DNA of 64,000 bases from Rhodosorus marinus CCMP1338. Taxonomy: Eukaryota; Plantae; Rhodophyta. The first letter of the stretch is position 1. Each line of letters opens with the position of its first letter. The translations under genes were made by a program, and so were the position numbers. The notes below the pieces were generated by a model. That model was not told the DNA's origin. It made no database searches and saw nothing but the letters and a program-made list of their open reading frames with translations. Shown one piece after another: positions 1 through 12,287 of this stretch. The stretch spans positions 434,001 through 498,000 of the forward strand of contig JAMWBK010000002.1 in NCBI GenBank assembly GCA_029953675.1, in the 5' to 3' direction.

Positions 1-30
1 GTGATGCTTAGGAGGTTGTTTGGAACAAGG

Positions 31-3000
31 ATGATTGGATTCGTATCTGGAGGAGGTTTGGGGCTGAAGAGGGCCGGTCCTTCGGTGAGGGTGCGTGGGT
101 TCCTTGGATCCAGCGTGCGGGCAAGTCATGGAGCTGCGCGTGGAGTGAGATGGTTTGCTACTCCACCTGTGGGAGCAACAAGCGCGGCTGAGGTTAAGAT
201 GGTGGCGACTGCCCCGCAGGTGGTAAGTATACTCCCCTTGGCAGTGACCGTGGCTGCGGTTGTTCTGGGTTGGTTTGCGACAACGCTCAGCTCTGAACCT
301 CCTTGGTGCTTCGTTTGATATCGCCATTTTTTTTTTTTGGAAAGATTCCGCGCAAGATTGGCGATGTTGTTGAGGACTTTGAACTCGTCCGGGAGGAATT
401 CGTCTCGGAGTATGCATCGCAGGCGAGACTGTGGAAGCACAAGAAGACCGGCACGGAGCTGCTCTCTGTTCTCAATGGCGATGAGAACAAAACATTCGGA
501 ATCGTGTTCCGTACCCCGCCGAAGGATTCAACCGGTGTCCCGCACATTTTGGAACATTCCGTAAGCTTTGATTTCTGAGACTCAAGAATCCTGCTGGGAC
601 GCCTTTCTCACGTCTTCGTCTCCTCTAGGTGCTTTGCGGATCAAGGAAGTACCCGGTGAAGGAGCCGTTTGTGGAGCTGATCAAGTCGTCCCTGAACACG
701 TTCCTTAACGCTTTTACGTTCCCGGACAAGACCTGCTATCCGGTTGCTAGTTGCAATGAGCAGGACTTTTACAATCTTGTCGACGTGTACATGGATGCCG
801 TCCTGCATCCCGCGATGACTCCAGATACCCTGAGGCAGGAGGGGCATCACTTTGAGCTCGACGATGTTGATGGCAAGATGACGATCAAGGGAGTCGTGTA
901 CAACGAGATGAAGGGAGCCTACTCCGATCCAGAGAGGGTACTTGCCGAGTACTCTCAGGAAGCAATTTTTCCGGACATCACTTATGGTGTTGAATCCGGG
1001 GGTCATCCGCGGGACATTCCCGATCTCACCTGGGAGCAGTTCAAGGGATTCCATGACAAGTAAGTCTGAAAGAGTCTATAATAAAATGGGATAGGACCTG
1101 CTGTCGTAGTAATGAGACTAACAAGCCTGGAAAATGACTTCTTGTGTATTCAGCTACTACCACCCGTCAAACGCTCGTGTCTGGTTCTATGGTGATGATG
1201 ACGAGAGTAGACGCCTGAAGAAGGTCAACGAATTCCTACAGGAATTCGAGAAGATTGACATATCGTCATCGGCGGTACCTCTCCAGGAAAGGTGGACTGA
1301 GCCCCGTACAGTTGAGCATACTTACGACTGTGGCTCAGAGGGTGATTCGAGCAACAAATACATGACCACGTTAAACTGGATGCTTACGCCTATGGATCAG
1401 ACGGAGCCGGCGAAGATTCTCGCTCTGACTGTTCTTAGCCAGCTGCTGCTGTCCACCTCGGCGTCACCGCTCCGCAAGGCTCTGACTGATTCAGGCCTTG
1501 GCGAAGACATTGTCGGCGGAGGCTTGGAGACGGACTTGAGGCAGATGTCTTTCTCCGTTGGAATGAAGGGCCTTACGGAAGAGAACGTGGCAAAGGTCCA
1601 GGAGCTCATTGAGGAGACCTTGACTCAGCTCTCCAAAGAGGGAGTTCCTCAAACCCTGATGGAGTCCTGTCTGAACACCCTAGAGTTCCGTTTAAGGGAG
1701 AATAATACGGGGAGGTTCCCGCGTGGATTGAGTTTAATGATTGCGTCCCTCAGCACTTGGCTGCATGAGTCCGACCCCTTGGTGCCGTTACGGTTCGAAG
1801 AGCCCCTGATGAAACTGAAGGAGAGACTAGCTGCTGGTGAGAACGTGTTCGAGGATTTGATCAAGGAAAACTTCTTAACGAACCCACACAAAGCGGCTGT
1901 CACAATGATCCCTGATCCCAAGTATGCTGAGAAGGAGGAAGCAATAGAGCAGGAGAGAATCGATAAAGTGGCTAAGGCTGCTTCTCGAGAGGATCTCGAG
2001 GAGATAGTTGAGATGACCCAGCGGCTCAAGGAGAAGCAGGCTAAACCCGATGATCCTACGGATCTAGCGAAGATTCCGTACCTCAGCAAGGACGACCTCG
2101 ACAAGAACATGAAGACGGTTCCTTTCGAGGAGGACCAAATATCTGGAGCAACCGTCTACCACCACCCCTTGCCCACAAGCGGTGTTGTCTATATGGACCT
2201 CGGTATGGATATCAGCGGAGTTAGCATGGAGCTTTTGCCCCTGATGTCTCTTTACACTGAGAGTCTGACCCAGCTTGGTACGAAGAAGGAGGATTTCGTG
2301 TCACTGCAGCAGAGGATTGGACGGGAGACCGGTGGACTCAGACCGTCGACCTACATGTCGCAGCTTGTTGCTGCCGATGGAAATGGTCCAGTCGTGTCTA
2401 TGCTTATGATTCGCGCAAAGGCCATGTCAAGCAAGACCACGCAAACGTTTGACTTGCTGAAGGATATTCTGCTTGAGCCAAACTTCGACAACAAGGAGCG
2501 ATTCCGACAACTCGTCGTTGAGGAGAAAGCTGGTGTCGAGAGTGGGATCGCCCCTAGCGGCCATACCGTAGCCGCCGGTAGGCTGCGATCGCAGTACAGA
2601 GTCGGAGACTGGGCTACGGAGCAAATGGAAGGTCTAGCTTATTTGGATTACGTGAAGGCATTGTTAGAGAGGGTTGACAACGACTGGGAAGGCGTTCTTG
2701 GTGACCTCCAGGCTCTCCATTCCGCAGTGGTCAACAGGTCCAAGCTCGTTTGCAATGTGACCACCGACTCTGATGTGTACCCTGGGGTGAAGGCCGAGCT
2801 CAAGTCATTCCTTGATTCGTTGCCCGAGAAATCAAGTCTCCAGTTGCCTAGCTGGATTGACCAAGCACCGACTCCCACCCCGGCGAACGAAGGGTTCATT
2901 ATTCCGGCTCAAGTTAACTATGTGGGCAAGGCGATGAACTTGCTCGACGCTGGCTACAAACTGACTGGAGCCTCCGCACTCGCCTCCAAGCACTTGGGAA

Positions 3001-3467
3001 CTAGTTACCTGTGGGACACTGTCCGAGTTCAGGGAGGAGCCTACGGTGGATTCTGCCGCCTGGACATGAGGACCGGAGACTTCTTGTACCTGTCCTACCG
3101 CGATCCCAACGTCAACAAGACTTTGAACAGCTACGATGGCGCGGGTGCGTTCCTGAAGAGCCACGATATCTCTGAGGAGGAGCTCACGAAGAGCATTATC
3201 GGAATGATCGGCGATATGGACTCTTACGCGCTTCCTGACGCGAAGGGCTTCGCCTCTATGACGAGAAAGATCACTGGCGAGACGGACGAAATCCGCCAGG
3301 AGCGAAGAGAGCAAGTCCTAGGCGCCACAGCCAAGGACTTCAGGGATTTTGGTGAGGCACTTGAAGCTACGAAGGAATCGGGGTCTGTTGTAGTGGTAGG
3401 TAGCGAGACCTCCCTGAACGCGGCAAAGGAGGAGGGTCTGGACATTTCATTGTCTCAACCTTTGTAG
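31..3467 (+). CDS. PREP: Presequence protease (pitrilysin family M16C), organelle-targeted; 4 exons approx 31-222, 344-560, 629-1059, 1154-3467
   Basis: The inverted zinc motif HILEH is joined across the 561-628 intron (PHILEH-S|VLCGSRKYPVKEPF). Also GVVYNEMKG, YYHPSN and YLWDTVRVQGGAYGG. The N-terminus MIGFVSGGG is basic and Ser/Ala-rich like a transit peptide. The start could be at 4 or 31, and the first intron ends are less certain. Confidence 0.95.
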
Positions 3468-3807
3468 GTAAATTAGTCTAAAAAATTTGATGTTTATCCA
3501 GAACTCCGACCATTGGATATCGCAGGACCAGTCCTCGCGTGTACTTCAGTACATTGAGGGAGTGGTCCCCTCCCCTTCTACTGGACGCCAAAACTAGCGT
3601 GCGGCATGCAACGCGACATTTCTGACCAGCGTGGACATTTGCTTGCTGTCTTCGAATAGAGACAGTGTCGCAAACCAGAGATAGTCAATAGTTTACAATC
3701 ATAATTCAGTTAGCTCAACATGGACTAGATCTATGTTACGTCAGCTACAAAGCCAAGCATACTTCGTCCGAATGGAATACATAAAAACTTTACAGGTGCT
3801 CCTTCTT

Positions 3808-4614
3808 CTAGAGTCTCTCCTCATTGAACTCGGCTAAGACTACCCCAAGAGCTTGCGGATGGTTATTGAAAATCGGCTCAAGAGTTCCCTTCATCCTGGC
3901 AAAGCTATAGCTCGCGCTAGTTGCATCCTCGCCTGCTGTCTCAGCTGTGACTTTCCTTCGATACTGCAAGATTACCGTAGAACTCTGATTTCGCGCCTTC
4001 TGCATTTCCAAGCAGTTCTCCACTTGTCTTTTCAATTCTGGCGCGTCGCGTTCGTGAAGATCATCCCATGCCAACTTTCCCTTGAGAGCGCCCGCCTCCC
4101 AAGTCTCACATGAAATCAGATTCCTGTGCCGTACGGCAACTACAGTACCCGCACTGTCCAAAGCGAGAATATGAAGGATCGAGTCCAACGCTTGTGCTGC
4201 TGACGAAGCCCCCTGCTTCCCTCGGGTTGGGTCTTCTGGATCAAATAGAACGTGCGTCGGCGTACTTGGATCCGGGCGAAGGAGCTTCAAGTACAACGCG
4301 TTCTCGGTCTTAGCTAGTAGCTCCTCCGAGAAAGAAAGATCAATCTCGGTGGGCGACGAATACTCCAGGGTAAATTCTTGATCGCCCTCCTCCCTAATCG
4401 ACCTAAGCTTGGCTTCCTGGCCCATCAGCACCCTCTCCAGCCTCTCCAAGGTCTCTCCCTGGGCCAAAAACTGCTCATTGAGCTCTTGCTTCTGTTTTTT
4501 TGTCCGCTCCCGCGACTTTCTCGCACTCTGCTTGTTTCTCTCCTTCCGTGAGGATCGTTTATCATCGTGTCGCGATCGAGGGGGTAGCATCTCTTTTCTA
4601 ATCAATATAGACAT
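3808..4614 (-). CDS. bZIP transcription factor with C-terminal PAS-like domain (single exon, 268 aa)
   Basis: Basic region RKERNKQSARKSRERTKK followed by a heptad zipper. The C-terminal ~120 aa fit the PAS secondary-structure pattern by eye. Confidence 0.85.
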   Translation of the reverse strand: MSILIRKEMLPPRSRHDDKRSSRKERNKQSARKSRERTKKQKQELNEQFLAQGETLERLERVLMGQEAKLRSIREEGDQEFTLEYSSPTEIDLSFSEELLAKTENALYLKLLRPDPSTPTHVLFDPEDPTRGKQGASSAAQALDSILHILALDSAGTVVAVRHRNLISCETWEAGALKGKLAWDDLHERDAPELKRQVENCLEMQKARNQSSTVILQYRRKVTAETAGEDATSASYSFARMKGTLEPIFNNHPQALGVVLAEFNEERL

Positions 4615-4878
4615 CGACTCAATCCCCGCCCTCTCATTCTAAAACGTCATCTTCCCCAAAACCGCAACAGGGGCTACTCCTCCCAGCCGCCCGCCCCTCT
4701 TCCCAATACCCTCCCCACTACATCACAACCACAACTGTATACAATCACACTCCGCCCTAACCCATCCCATCGTATCCGCAGAACTTGGACACACCTCAAC
4801 TATCCTTCCTTCCTCCTTCCTCAATATATCTATCATCCCACCCTATTCCCGAGCACCTCCGCCCCCACCCCACTCACA

Positions 4879-4880
<2 letters not shown>

Positions 4881-4959
<79 letters not shown>
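4881..4959. repeat. (CA)n microsatellite, about 39 units
   Basis: Uninterrupted cacaca run seen directly, about 270 bp upstream of the bZIP start codon. Confidence 0.98.
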
Positions 4960-4964
<5 letters not shown>

Positions 4965-5480
4965 GACCTACCTCTCTACACTCCCATCCAGTCTCTCCAA
5001 GATCTCCCAAACCCCTCATTAAATACTCACTTTGAAATGACTTACAAGCCGAATCGAAAATTAAAGAAAATACATGGCGAAAGTCAAGAATACCCCTCCC
5101 CCTCCAAAAATGTATACAACTTATCAAAACCTTAACCAAAAGTATTTTTCTTGATGATTGAAAATCATCCCCCTTCTTCCCCCCCCCCCCCGCCCGCCTC
5201 CCAATCTCTCTCCCCCCTCAGGCCTCAGCCTGCAAAGAAAAATAGAGGAGAAACGACTAGAGAGAAAACAATAGTGGTGGGACCATTTTTAGGGGAATTA
5301 GTTGGTATCTTGTGTTTTCAGATTATGCATCATAAGTTTTTGTTTTTAGAAATTATTGAAAGGTATGAGTGTATATTTAGGATTTCCCTTTAGAGCTGGA
5401 AACTTCATTTGTTTTTGATCTACTGGTAGTCCAATTGAACGGCAACGTTTCAATTTATAGGATTATGGTTGGACATGCCT

Positions 5481-7567
5481 TTTAAACTCAGCCAATGAAT
5501 GTTTCCTAACGGGGAAAAACAGAGGAAAATGATCGACGTGTTGCCTGGGAGAAGGCTTTTTTCGAAACTGGACGACCAGCTATAAATTTTTTTTGTTTTA
5601 TAGCGGCCTCTTGGAAGGGTGGGAACGCTCCCTCTAAAAGGTGAATATTTGGAACTAAAATTGGATAGATCAAGATATGCCCGCCTCCTTTTTTGGGGCT
5701 TAGGAGAAAAAAATTGATTCTTCGTCAGTATATGTGTTTTTTTCTAGTTTCTACTGGGCAGCTGGGAATTTCTGGTAATGATGGATCCAAAGTTTTTATG
5801 ATTTTCTCAATTATTTCGCCCAGCGAGGAGGTTTAGAGCTTAAAAAGTTGCATAGTTGGAACCAAAACGGATGAGGGTGTGTACTGGCTCCGTTTTTTCG
5901 CACTCATTGAAAAATAATTTTTTCTAAAAACTTTGTTCGTGTGCGTGTTTGTCAGTGTCTTTATTTTGTGTTTTTTTCCTTCCCACCCCCCCCCCTAGCC
6001 TGCATTTTTGGCTGCTTGGAATTTCTGGTAATAAGATATCGACCAGGGTTTCTAATCGTTTTCTCAATCATTTCGAGGTGGCAAGGGGAAAAGACACGCA
6101 AAAGGATAGTTTGCCGTTTATTCTCTCAGGTTTTTCACCGTTTTTTCTTAATTTCCCACAGCCCTAACCCCCCCCCCCCCTTAACCCACCATCGCATCCC
6201 TGTGTAGCGACTAGTATCTATTTTCCCAATTTTTTATAGAGATAGATAGACTGCAAAAATGATTGATCGAAAACGCGCACGCCGATCATCCGATATTATA
6301 CTTTTTTTTAACAAGCAATAAATAAAACTGTAGTTAGTTAAAGCGGATTCTAAACCCTTCCTTTTGGCCGGGATTGGACTGGTTTTTCTAATTTTGGAAT
6401 GTGGATTTGTTTTGGAAGATGAGCTGGACGAAACAATAATTTTATTTTTTTTTCCTGGTCAATAATGAAAAAAACCAAACCTGAAAGAAAGAGTCGAAAA
6501 CGGCCTCATTTTTGAGCGTGGAAATAACAGGGTTTTTAAAAAAAAGAAGAAAATTTCACAGGGAAAACAATGATTGCGCCGCTCATCATTTTAAAAAAAA
6601 CTTGTCGCCCAATCAGAGATGTTGTACAAGGTTCCAAACTAAATCTCTTGAGCATTGATTGGTCCGCAAAGTGCACCCTCTCTAAAATTTTCAATGAGAA
6701 CATAGTTCCCCCAATCCGGAGAGTTCTTACTCTGTCCGGGCTATTGAAAGTGTACCCCCCCCCAAATTATATATATTATATAATAATGCTCAATTGGGAA
6801 CCTCACGTTCTAATGCAAGCACTTCATATTTTCCATTTTTATTGTTTTGTGTTTATTATTAGCCTGATCAGTTGGTCAACCTTGATTATGTTGTTTTCTT
6901 TCTTTCTTTCTCGCTCTGCTTCTCTTCAGGGTTCTCTGTTAACAGTTTGAATGGTCTCGGGGTTGGGGGGGAGCCGGGGGGGTGGCCTCTGTTTTTTTTT
7001 GTTTTTTTCTGTTCTTGGAGGCTACACGCCCGAAGGCGCAGAGGAAAAGGATCTTCATTTTTTTGCTGTTTAGCTGAGGAGAGGGGAGATAAAGAAGACA
7101 GGAACGTAGCCTTGTCCGCTGTGAGTCCTGGTTTGAGAGAATTATTACTTTGTTCTGGAGAAGGATGGCAAAGGAAAACCTCACGCTGCTTTCCCTCCAA
7201 TCGCCCCCGGGGAGGTGGGCGAGGGTGCGGGAGAGGGTGAGCAAGTGTAGGCGGCCAATGCCATCGTGTGTGAAGAAAACACTCGCTGTGACGGAGACAA
7301 TGGATTCGCGAAAAAGTAAAAAAAATGGCGGTGAGCGCTCCGCTTCTGAATGTTTCTTGTTAATCAAGAATCCGATGGTGCTTGGAGTCTGCGAGACTTA
7401 GCGCCCACCTCTCGTGCAGAAGGTTCAGATCTGTCAGTTAAGGTCGCTTAGAGATGGTTGGAAAGCGTTGCTCCCGTGCAAGGTTGTCCGATTGGGCAGA
7501 GATGTAGTATTTTTAGACTCAGCCAATGAATGTTTCTTAGCCAGAAAAACACAGGAAAATGATCGAC
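5481..7567 (+). repeat. Dispersed ~57-bp direct repeat (5481-5537 and 7512-7567); a second ~55-bp pair at 5765-5818 and 6018-6075
   Basis: First pair shares ACTCAGCCAATGAATGTTTC...GAAAAACA(G/C)AGGAAAATGATCGAC. Second pair shares GGAATTTCTGGTAAT...TTTTCTCAAT(T/C)ATTTCG. Confidence 0.8.
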
Positions 7568-7829
7568 CGGTTATTGAGAGCCGACTTTCGTATGCGAAAT
7601 TCAGTACAGAACACGTTGAGGGGCGTTCAGCGATGCTAGACTGGACGTTGTCTTCTAAGTGGCGTGCGGGAAGCATGTGTATTTTTTTCACTCCGTGGTG
7701 TGGATACACGAATACAACTTGGACGTCCTGCCTACAACGTGGCTGTCTAGCCAGTGCTAGTTGGGAATAAGGCTTGCAATATTTACTTTCGCATCTCTTT
7801 AACCTGGCGTGATTGGGATATTGGTATTA

Positions 7830-9620
7830 GTATTGGTGCTCGTATCGAATACCCCAAGCAAACAGCCTCCTTTTAGCACGGCCTTTGCGAAGACAAAGTT
7901 AGCCGTTGGGAAGAGTCGACCCTGCTTATTACCTAACTGCCTTATTATTCAGATTAAACGATTTTGTAGATCACAATGAAGACGCTTTGGAATAAACGTT
8001 GACGAGTCCGTTCTCCGAAAACAGCGAATCAACAGGCGACATACACAAAGTCGTGCTTCGAGAGAAAATGACCATTCCTCCGCTCGGAGAATTCTAGACG
8101 ATGGCAGGAGCGGCCAAAGTTGCCACGACGCCAGACGGTAGAGGATGAAAGTGTTCTCTCATCCGCTGCGCAACTTGTGACTCTTTGGGTGTGCTTCTCT
8201 TCTGGCCAAGCGGAAAACGTAGACCAGCTTCCATATGCGCAACATGTTTTCGACGACCGCTTGATGGTCGGACATAGGTAGCTCAAGTTTGCGAGAACGA
8301 TCTCCTAAGCCGGGACGCACTGGTTCAGGCTCACTAGCACCACAAAATCCGGCTCTGTTTCTATAAACCTGCGGTCCTCCGGGGTTGCGTGTCCTGGTTT
8401 CCCTTGCTAGCTTCGCACATTCCTCATGGAAAGTACGGTAGCTTGCTTTGAGGACCCTGACTTTGAAGAAGTATTTCCTCAGGCCGTGAAGTATGTAGAA
8501 CAATGCTTCCGATGGGAGCAAGATACCTCCTACAGACATCGTCGCATCTGCGTTCCGCATAGTCCGTACCTGACCTGCTGCTGAAGATCACGAGGAGCCT
8601 AGAGGAGGTTGCTTCGGCATTCGCAAAACACTCAACCCGCTGAAGCGACTTTGTTTCTCCCGAAGTGATTTACTCGACTGAGAGGATCTGCGGTCCTTTC
8701 TCACACTGGATTTCCAAGGTTCTCCCGTAGGCTCGTCGTGATGTTTCCACGTGGCACGTCAGGTACAAACATCTGCGGAACGCACGTTTCACGCATCGGG
8801 CCTCCCGCTTAGTCGGCTCCCTCTGCGAGTGTAGGAAACGCAGGGTTGTGATCAGTGCAAAATTTGAATCGTTGCGCCTTCACATTCGTCCGCCAGTGCT
8901 GTACGGCAGGGTTTAAGGCAAATAATTCTCGTTCACATGTTGAGTACTTCTGCGAGAAGTACGCATCGGATGCTCTACATCTTCGAAATTCTCTAAGAGA
9001 ACGGCTCCACTCCCTTGCTGGTACAAGCTGCGGAACGCAGATTTCACAGATTTCATGAGCGATTTGGTCTTTTAAACCGTGTTGCTTCTCGCTGGCTTCG
9101 TCGCGGTTTTCGCAGTGACCCCGGCATCTTGACAGCTTCCACACATTGAGCTATCCCTGACTCTCTGGCCCTCGCGCGCTGCTTTGTTGCTGGACGCGCA
9201 TCATCAGCGTCTCCCTTTACGCTCCTCAGGGTAGGTGGGCTCTGAATAAACTGATCATCATCATCATCAATGCGATGTGTCTGCGTGTAAAGTCTTGTTT
9301 CCTTCGGAAGTCTTGTTCAGTATACTTGACTGATTATGATGATCAGTTTACTCGGAGAAAAGTATGGCGCACGCACGGAAGGACACGAACCGCAATCCGC
9401 CGCTTCGCGGCCTCCGGAAATACTCTTGCAAAGTTTAAAGAGCCCTGCAAGCAAGCTCCATGCCAGTCTCCTCGAAATACTATTCGGAACCGGCAACTGG
9501 CAAACGCGGATAGACCGAGAGGATCTGCAATATTCTCCGGCTCCTTTCTTATACCGCTGGATTTCGTTGGAAAACGGGAGTAAATCGTTCAAGTATTGGG
9601 CCGCCAGCTTAGTCCGCGGA
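7830..9620 (-). mobile_element. Degenerate Ty3/Gypsy LTR retrotransposon pol fragment (RT end, RNase H, integrase)
   Basis: Minus-strand motifs occur in Gypsy order: QYLNDLLPFS (YLDD-like) and IADP..LPVPNS near 9.45-9.6 kb; RNase H YSTCERELFAL..VQHWR...FCTDHNP at 8.85-8.97 kb; integrase-like LRKYFF...EECAK, GFCG (DFCG-like), DRSRKLELPMSD and NGHFLSKHDF at 8.03-8.5 kb. Frameshifts and stops are present and no LTR was found. Confidence 0.75.
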
Positions 9621-10082
9621 CTACTGCCAAGTACGAATCGCTGCCGTCTGCACATGCGAGCAGGCCAGTCAAAAGGGACAGCTGTAAACCAAAAATCAAA
9701 TAAAACAAGAACTCTCTTAGAACCCAATCGAAACGTCCAAGAAAAACCACGTGAACAACCTAAATACTGTAATTACGACGCAGATCACATTTCTCCTTAA
9801 CCAAAAGCGCTCTTTCAACTGCCTGGTACTGAATTAGTGTCGATATATCGTATATAGAATGTCGTATAAATGACATGAATGGTTAAAAGCGATATAGGTT
9901 GGATTCGGTTTGTAAAGTTTACTATGTTATACTATTGAGTGATATAGAAGGTCTCGTGCCGGGCGGAGAGGACGAAGGCGTTCGGGAAGAGGTCTGAGGG
10001 TGTGGGGAAAGATGTATAGTTCCCCAAAGCTTTAAAGTTAGTGTTGGAGAAGAGTTTTTGTTTTTATTTTTAAGTAGCAAGG

Positions 10083-11688
10083 ATGGCGCAATATCAAGGA
10101 GCTGCGAGGGGATACAGTGCGGATCCCAGGAAAACTTCTGTGGAGGCCGCGGAGTTTCCTATGCTGTGTGAGACGTGTTTAGGGCCGAACCCGTATGTAA
10201 AGATGATGAAGGAGTCATATGGTAGGGAGTGTAAAATATGCACTCGGCCTTTTGTGGTGTTTCGATGGAAGCCGGGGGGTGACGGGACTAGGTATAAGAA
10301 GACGGAGATTTGTCAGACCTGTGCTCGGGTGAAGAATGTCTGCCAAACTGTAGGTTTGAGAAGAACTACCATCTATCGTATTTATTTGCGGCTGAAGACC
10401 TCTAAGAAGAAAGAGTTGTTTCCGTATCTTTATCTGACTTGTACCTTTTTTCTATCTTTGCGCAGTGTCTTTTCGATTTGCAGTACGGGCTCCCCGTCCA
10501 AGTACGGGACCAGACTCTTGCAGAAGCAGATAAGCAGGCTACGATTATCCCAAGGTCAGATGTAAATAGAGAATTCACTGCCGGAATGCAGGAGCGTGCA
10601 GTTGCAAATGGTGATATTGATAAGATCTATGAATCCGAGAGTGGTAAGAGCTTCGCTGAGAGATGCAACTATACCTTGAATTCGGGCCACTTTACTGAGC
10701 ATCAAACTAAAAATTTCTTGAATAATTTGTGCAGGAAACAAGGCGCTTGCCGAAAAGTTGGCGAGGAAGGGACCTTATTATGAGAGAAATCGAACGCATG
10801 TATGCTCATTCTTCGCCCGCGGAGAGTGCACTCGCGGGGCGTACTGCCCCTATCGACACGAGATGGTCCAGGAGACAGAGCTAAGTGACCAGAACATGAA
10901 GGACAGATATTACGGTGTGAATGATCCAGTAGCACAAAAAATGTTGAAGGGACTCGACGGAGCGTTGGGAAAGAAGTTCGGTCCTCCTCCAGCTCCCGCG
11001 GACCAGTCCGTCAGGACGCTTTTCGTAGGTGGGGTGACCGGGCTCATCACAGAAGCAGAGTTGAGAGAGCACTTTCAGGCTTCTGGGGAGATTTCCAGCG
11101 TCCGCCTTATAACTGACAAGGGTATTGCCTTCGTCGAGATGAAGTCTCGCCAAGGCGCGGAGGCAGCCGTCCAAGCCCTTCACGGTAATCTTAACATTGC
11201 CGGAGCCCGGTTGTCGGTGAAGTGGGCGAAGTGAGTACCATCCTCAGCTATGGTTGGGACTAGAACCGCGCGCGGTGTAGATCTAAAAGTAGCTCCTTCT
11301 GATTTGCAGGCCTCAGAAAGGCAGGGAAGAGGACAGACCTGGTGACGATTTAATGCCAAATCCCACTGGAGATCGTAGGCCAGAAGATGCGACGAGTATG
11401 CTTCCAAATCAAGGTATTGGGGGCCCATCTGCGCTTCCTATGAGCGGGCCGGGCGCACCTGTAGCTCGCGATGCAAAGGGCAACCCCATAGGTGTATTCA
11501 TCCCACCACCAGGTTATGGTTCGGCTGGATTAGGAGCAAATTTTCCGCAAGTGCCGCCGCCGGGCAAAATACCCAAATCTAAGAAGCATTCTTCTAAACT
11601 CCCCGCCGTCGTTTACAAGAGCCAAGATCCGAATCAGCTTGGATCTTCCGGCAAGGCTCCCAAGACCACTGGATATGAGCGAAAGTAA
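10083..11688 (+). CDS. RBM22: Pre-mRNA splicing factor RBM22/SLT11 (ECM2/Cwc2-like); exons 10083-10349, 10466-10643, 10735-11230, 11310-11688
   Basis: [67 protein letters not shown] finger ([30 protein letters not shown]), RRM (LFVGG..AFVEM) and C-terminal YKSQDP. Confidence 0.96.
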
Positions 11689-12158
11689 CCCCGATAAAAG
11701 CGGAACATCGTGTAAATAAAATGGTAAAAACTCAATTAGGCTTTCCGGAAGAAAACAGATGCGGCATCTCCTCCTCTTAGAACCCTAACAATTGTATCCA
11801 TCGTACGCTCAAGTCTCGATAGCACATCCTTCCATCGCTCTCGGTCAGCTACGAATCAAGAAGTACAGTCCGAATACTAATCAGAATGGCAAACAATCTT
11901 CGGTAAAATCACCTTAGACCCCGTCGTCCTTAGGAGACCAGCATGAGCGGCGGCCTCTCGGTGGAAAGCACTTAAAAGCAAAAAGTTTTGCCTTGAAGAT
12001 AGCATGTCATGGATTTCGTCGATCACTCCACACCACACCGCTCGAATCTAAACCCCAACCCTCAGGGGCACTCAACCCGACCAACCCTACGCTCGAAAAG
12101 CAGGACAGTCTGTAGAGGAACTAAAACCCACAATATAAATTTATATAACCACTCCAAG

Positions 12159-12168
12159 TTTATATATA
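12159..12168 (+). promoter_or_regulatory. TATA box of the U6 gene (Pol III type 3 promoter)
   Basis: TTTATATATA begins about 28 nt upstream of the inferred U6 +1 (G12187). Confidence 0.7.
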
Positions 12169-12186
12169 CTTGAAAGCCGCAAGTCG

Positions 12187-12287
12187 GTGTCCTTCGGGAC
12201 ATACGAAAAAATTGGAAAAATACAGAGAAGATTAGCATGGCCCCTGCGCAAGGATGACACGCTTAAGACGAGAAGATCCAATTACTT
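12187..12287 (+). ncRNA. U6: U6 spliceosomal snRNA
   Basis: 5' stem-loop GTGTCC-TTCG-GGACAT, the ACAGAGA box (12222-12228), the conserved AGATTAGCATGGCCCCTGCGCAAGGATGACACGC core, and a 3' segment GAGAAGATCCAATT. The 3' end is uncertain because no T-run follows. Confidence 0.97.

Noticed and set aside
4785-5139. ORFs with HT/CV dipeptide runs
   Set aside because: They are translations of the (CA)n microsatellite.
5141-7400. Many 70-140 aa ORFs rich in F, K, P and G
   Set aside because: They arise from homopolymer and low-complexity DNA, with no motifs or coherent splice structure.
11735-12010. Possible small spliced minus-strand gene (DRERWKDVLSRLERTMDTIVRVLRGG)
   Set aside because: I could not build a consistent start, intron phase and stop, and there is no recognisable domain.
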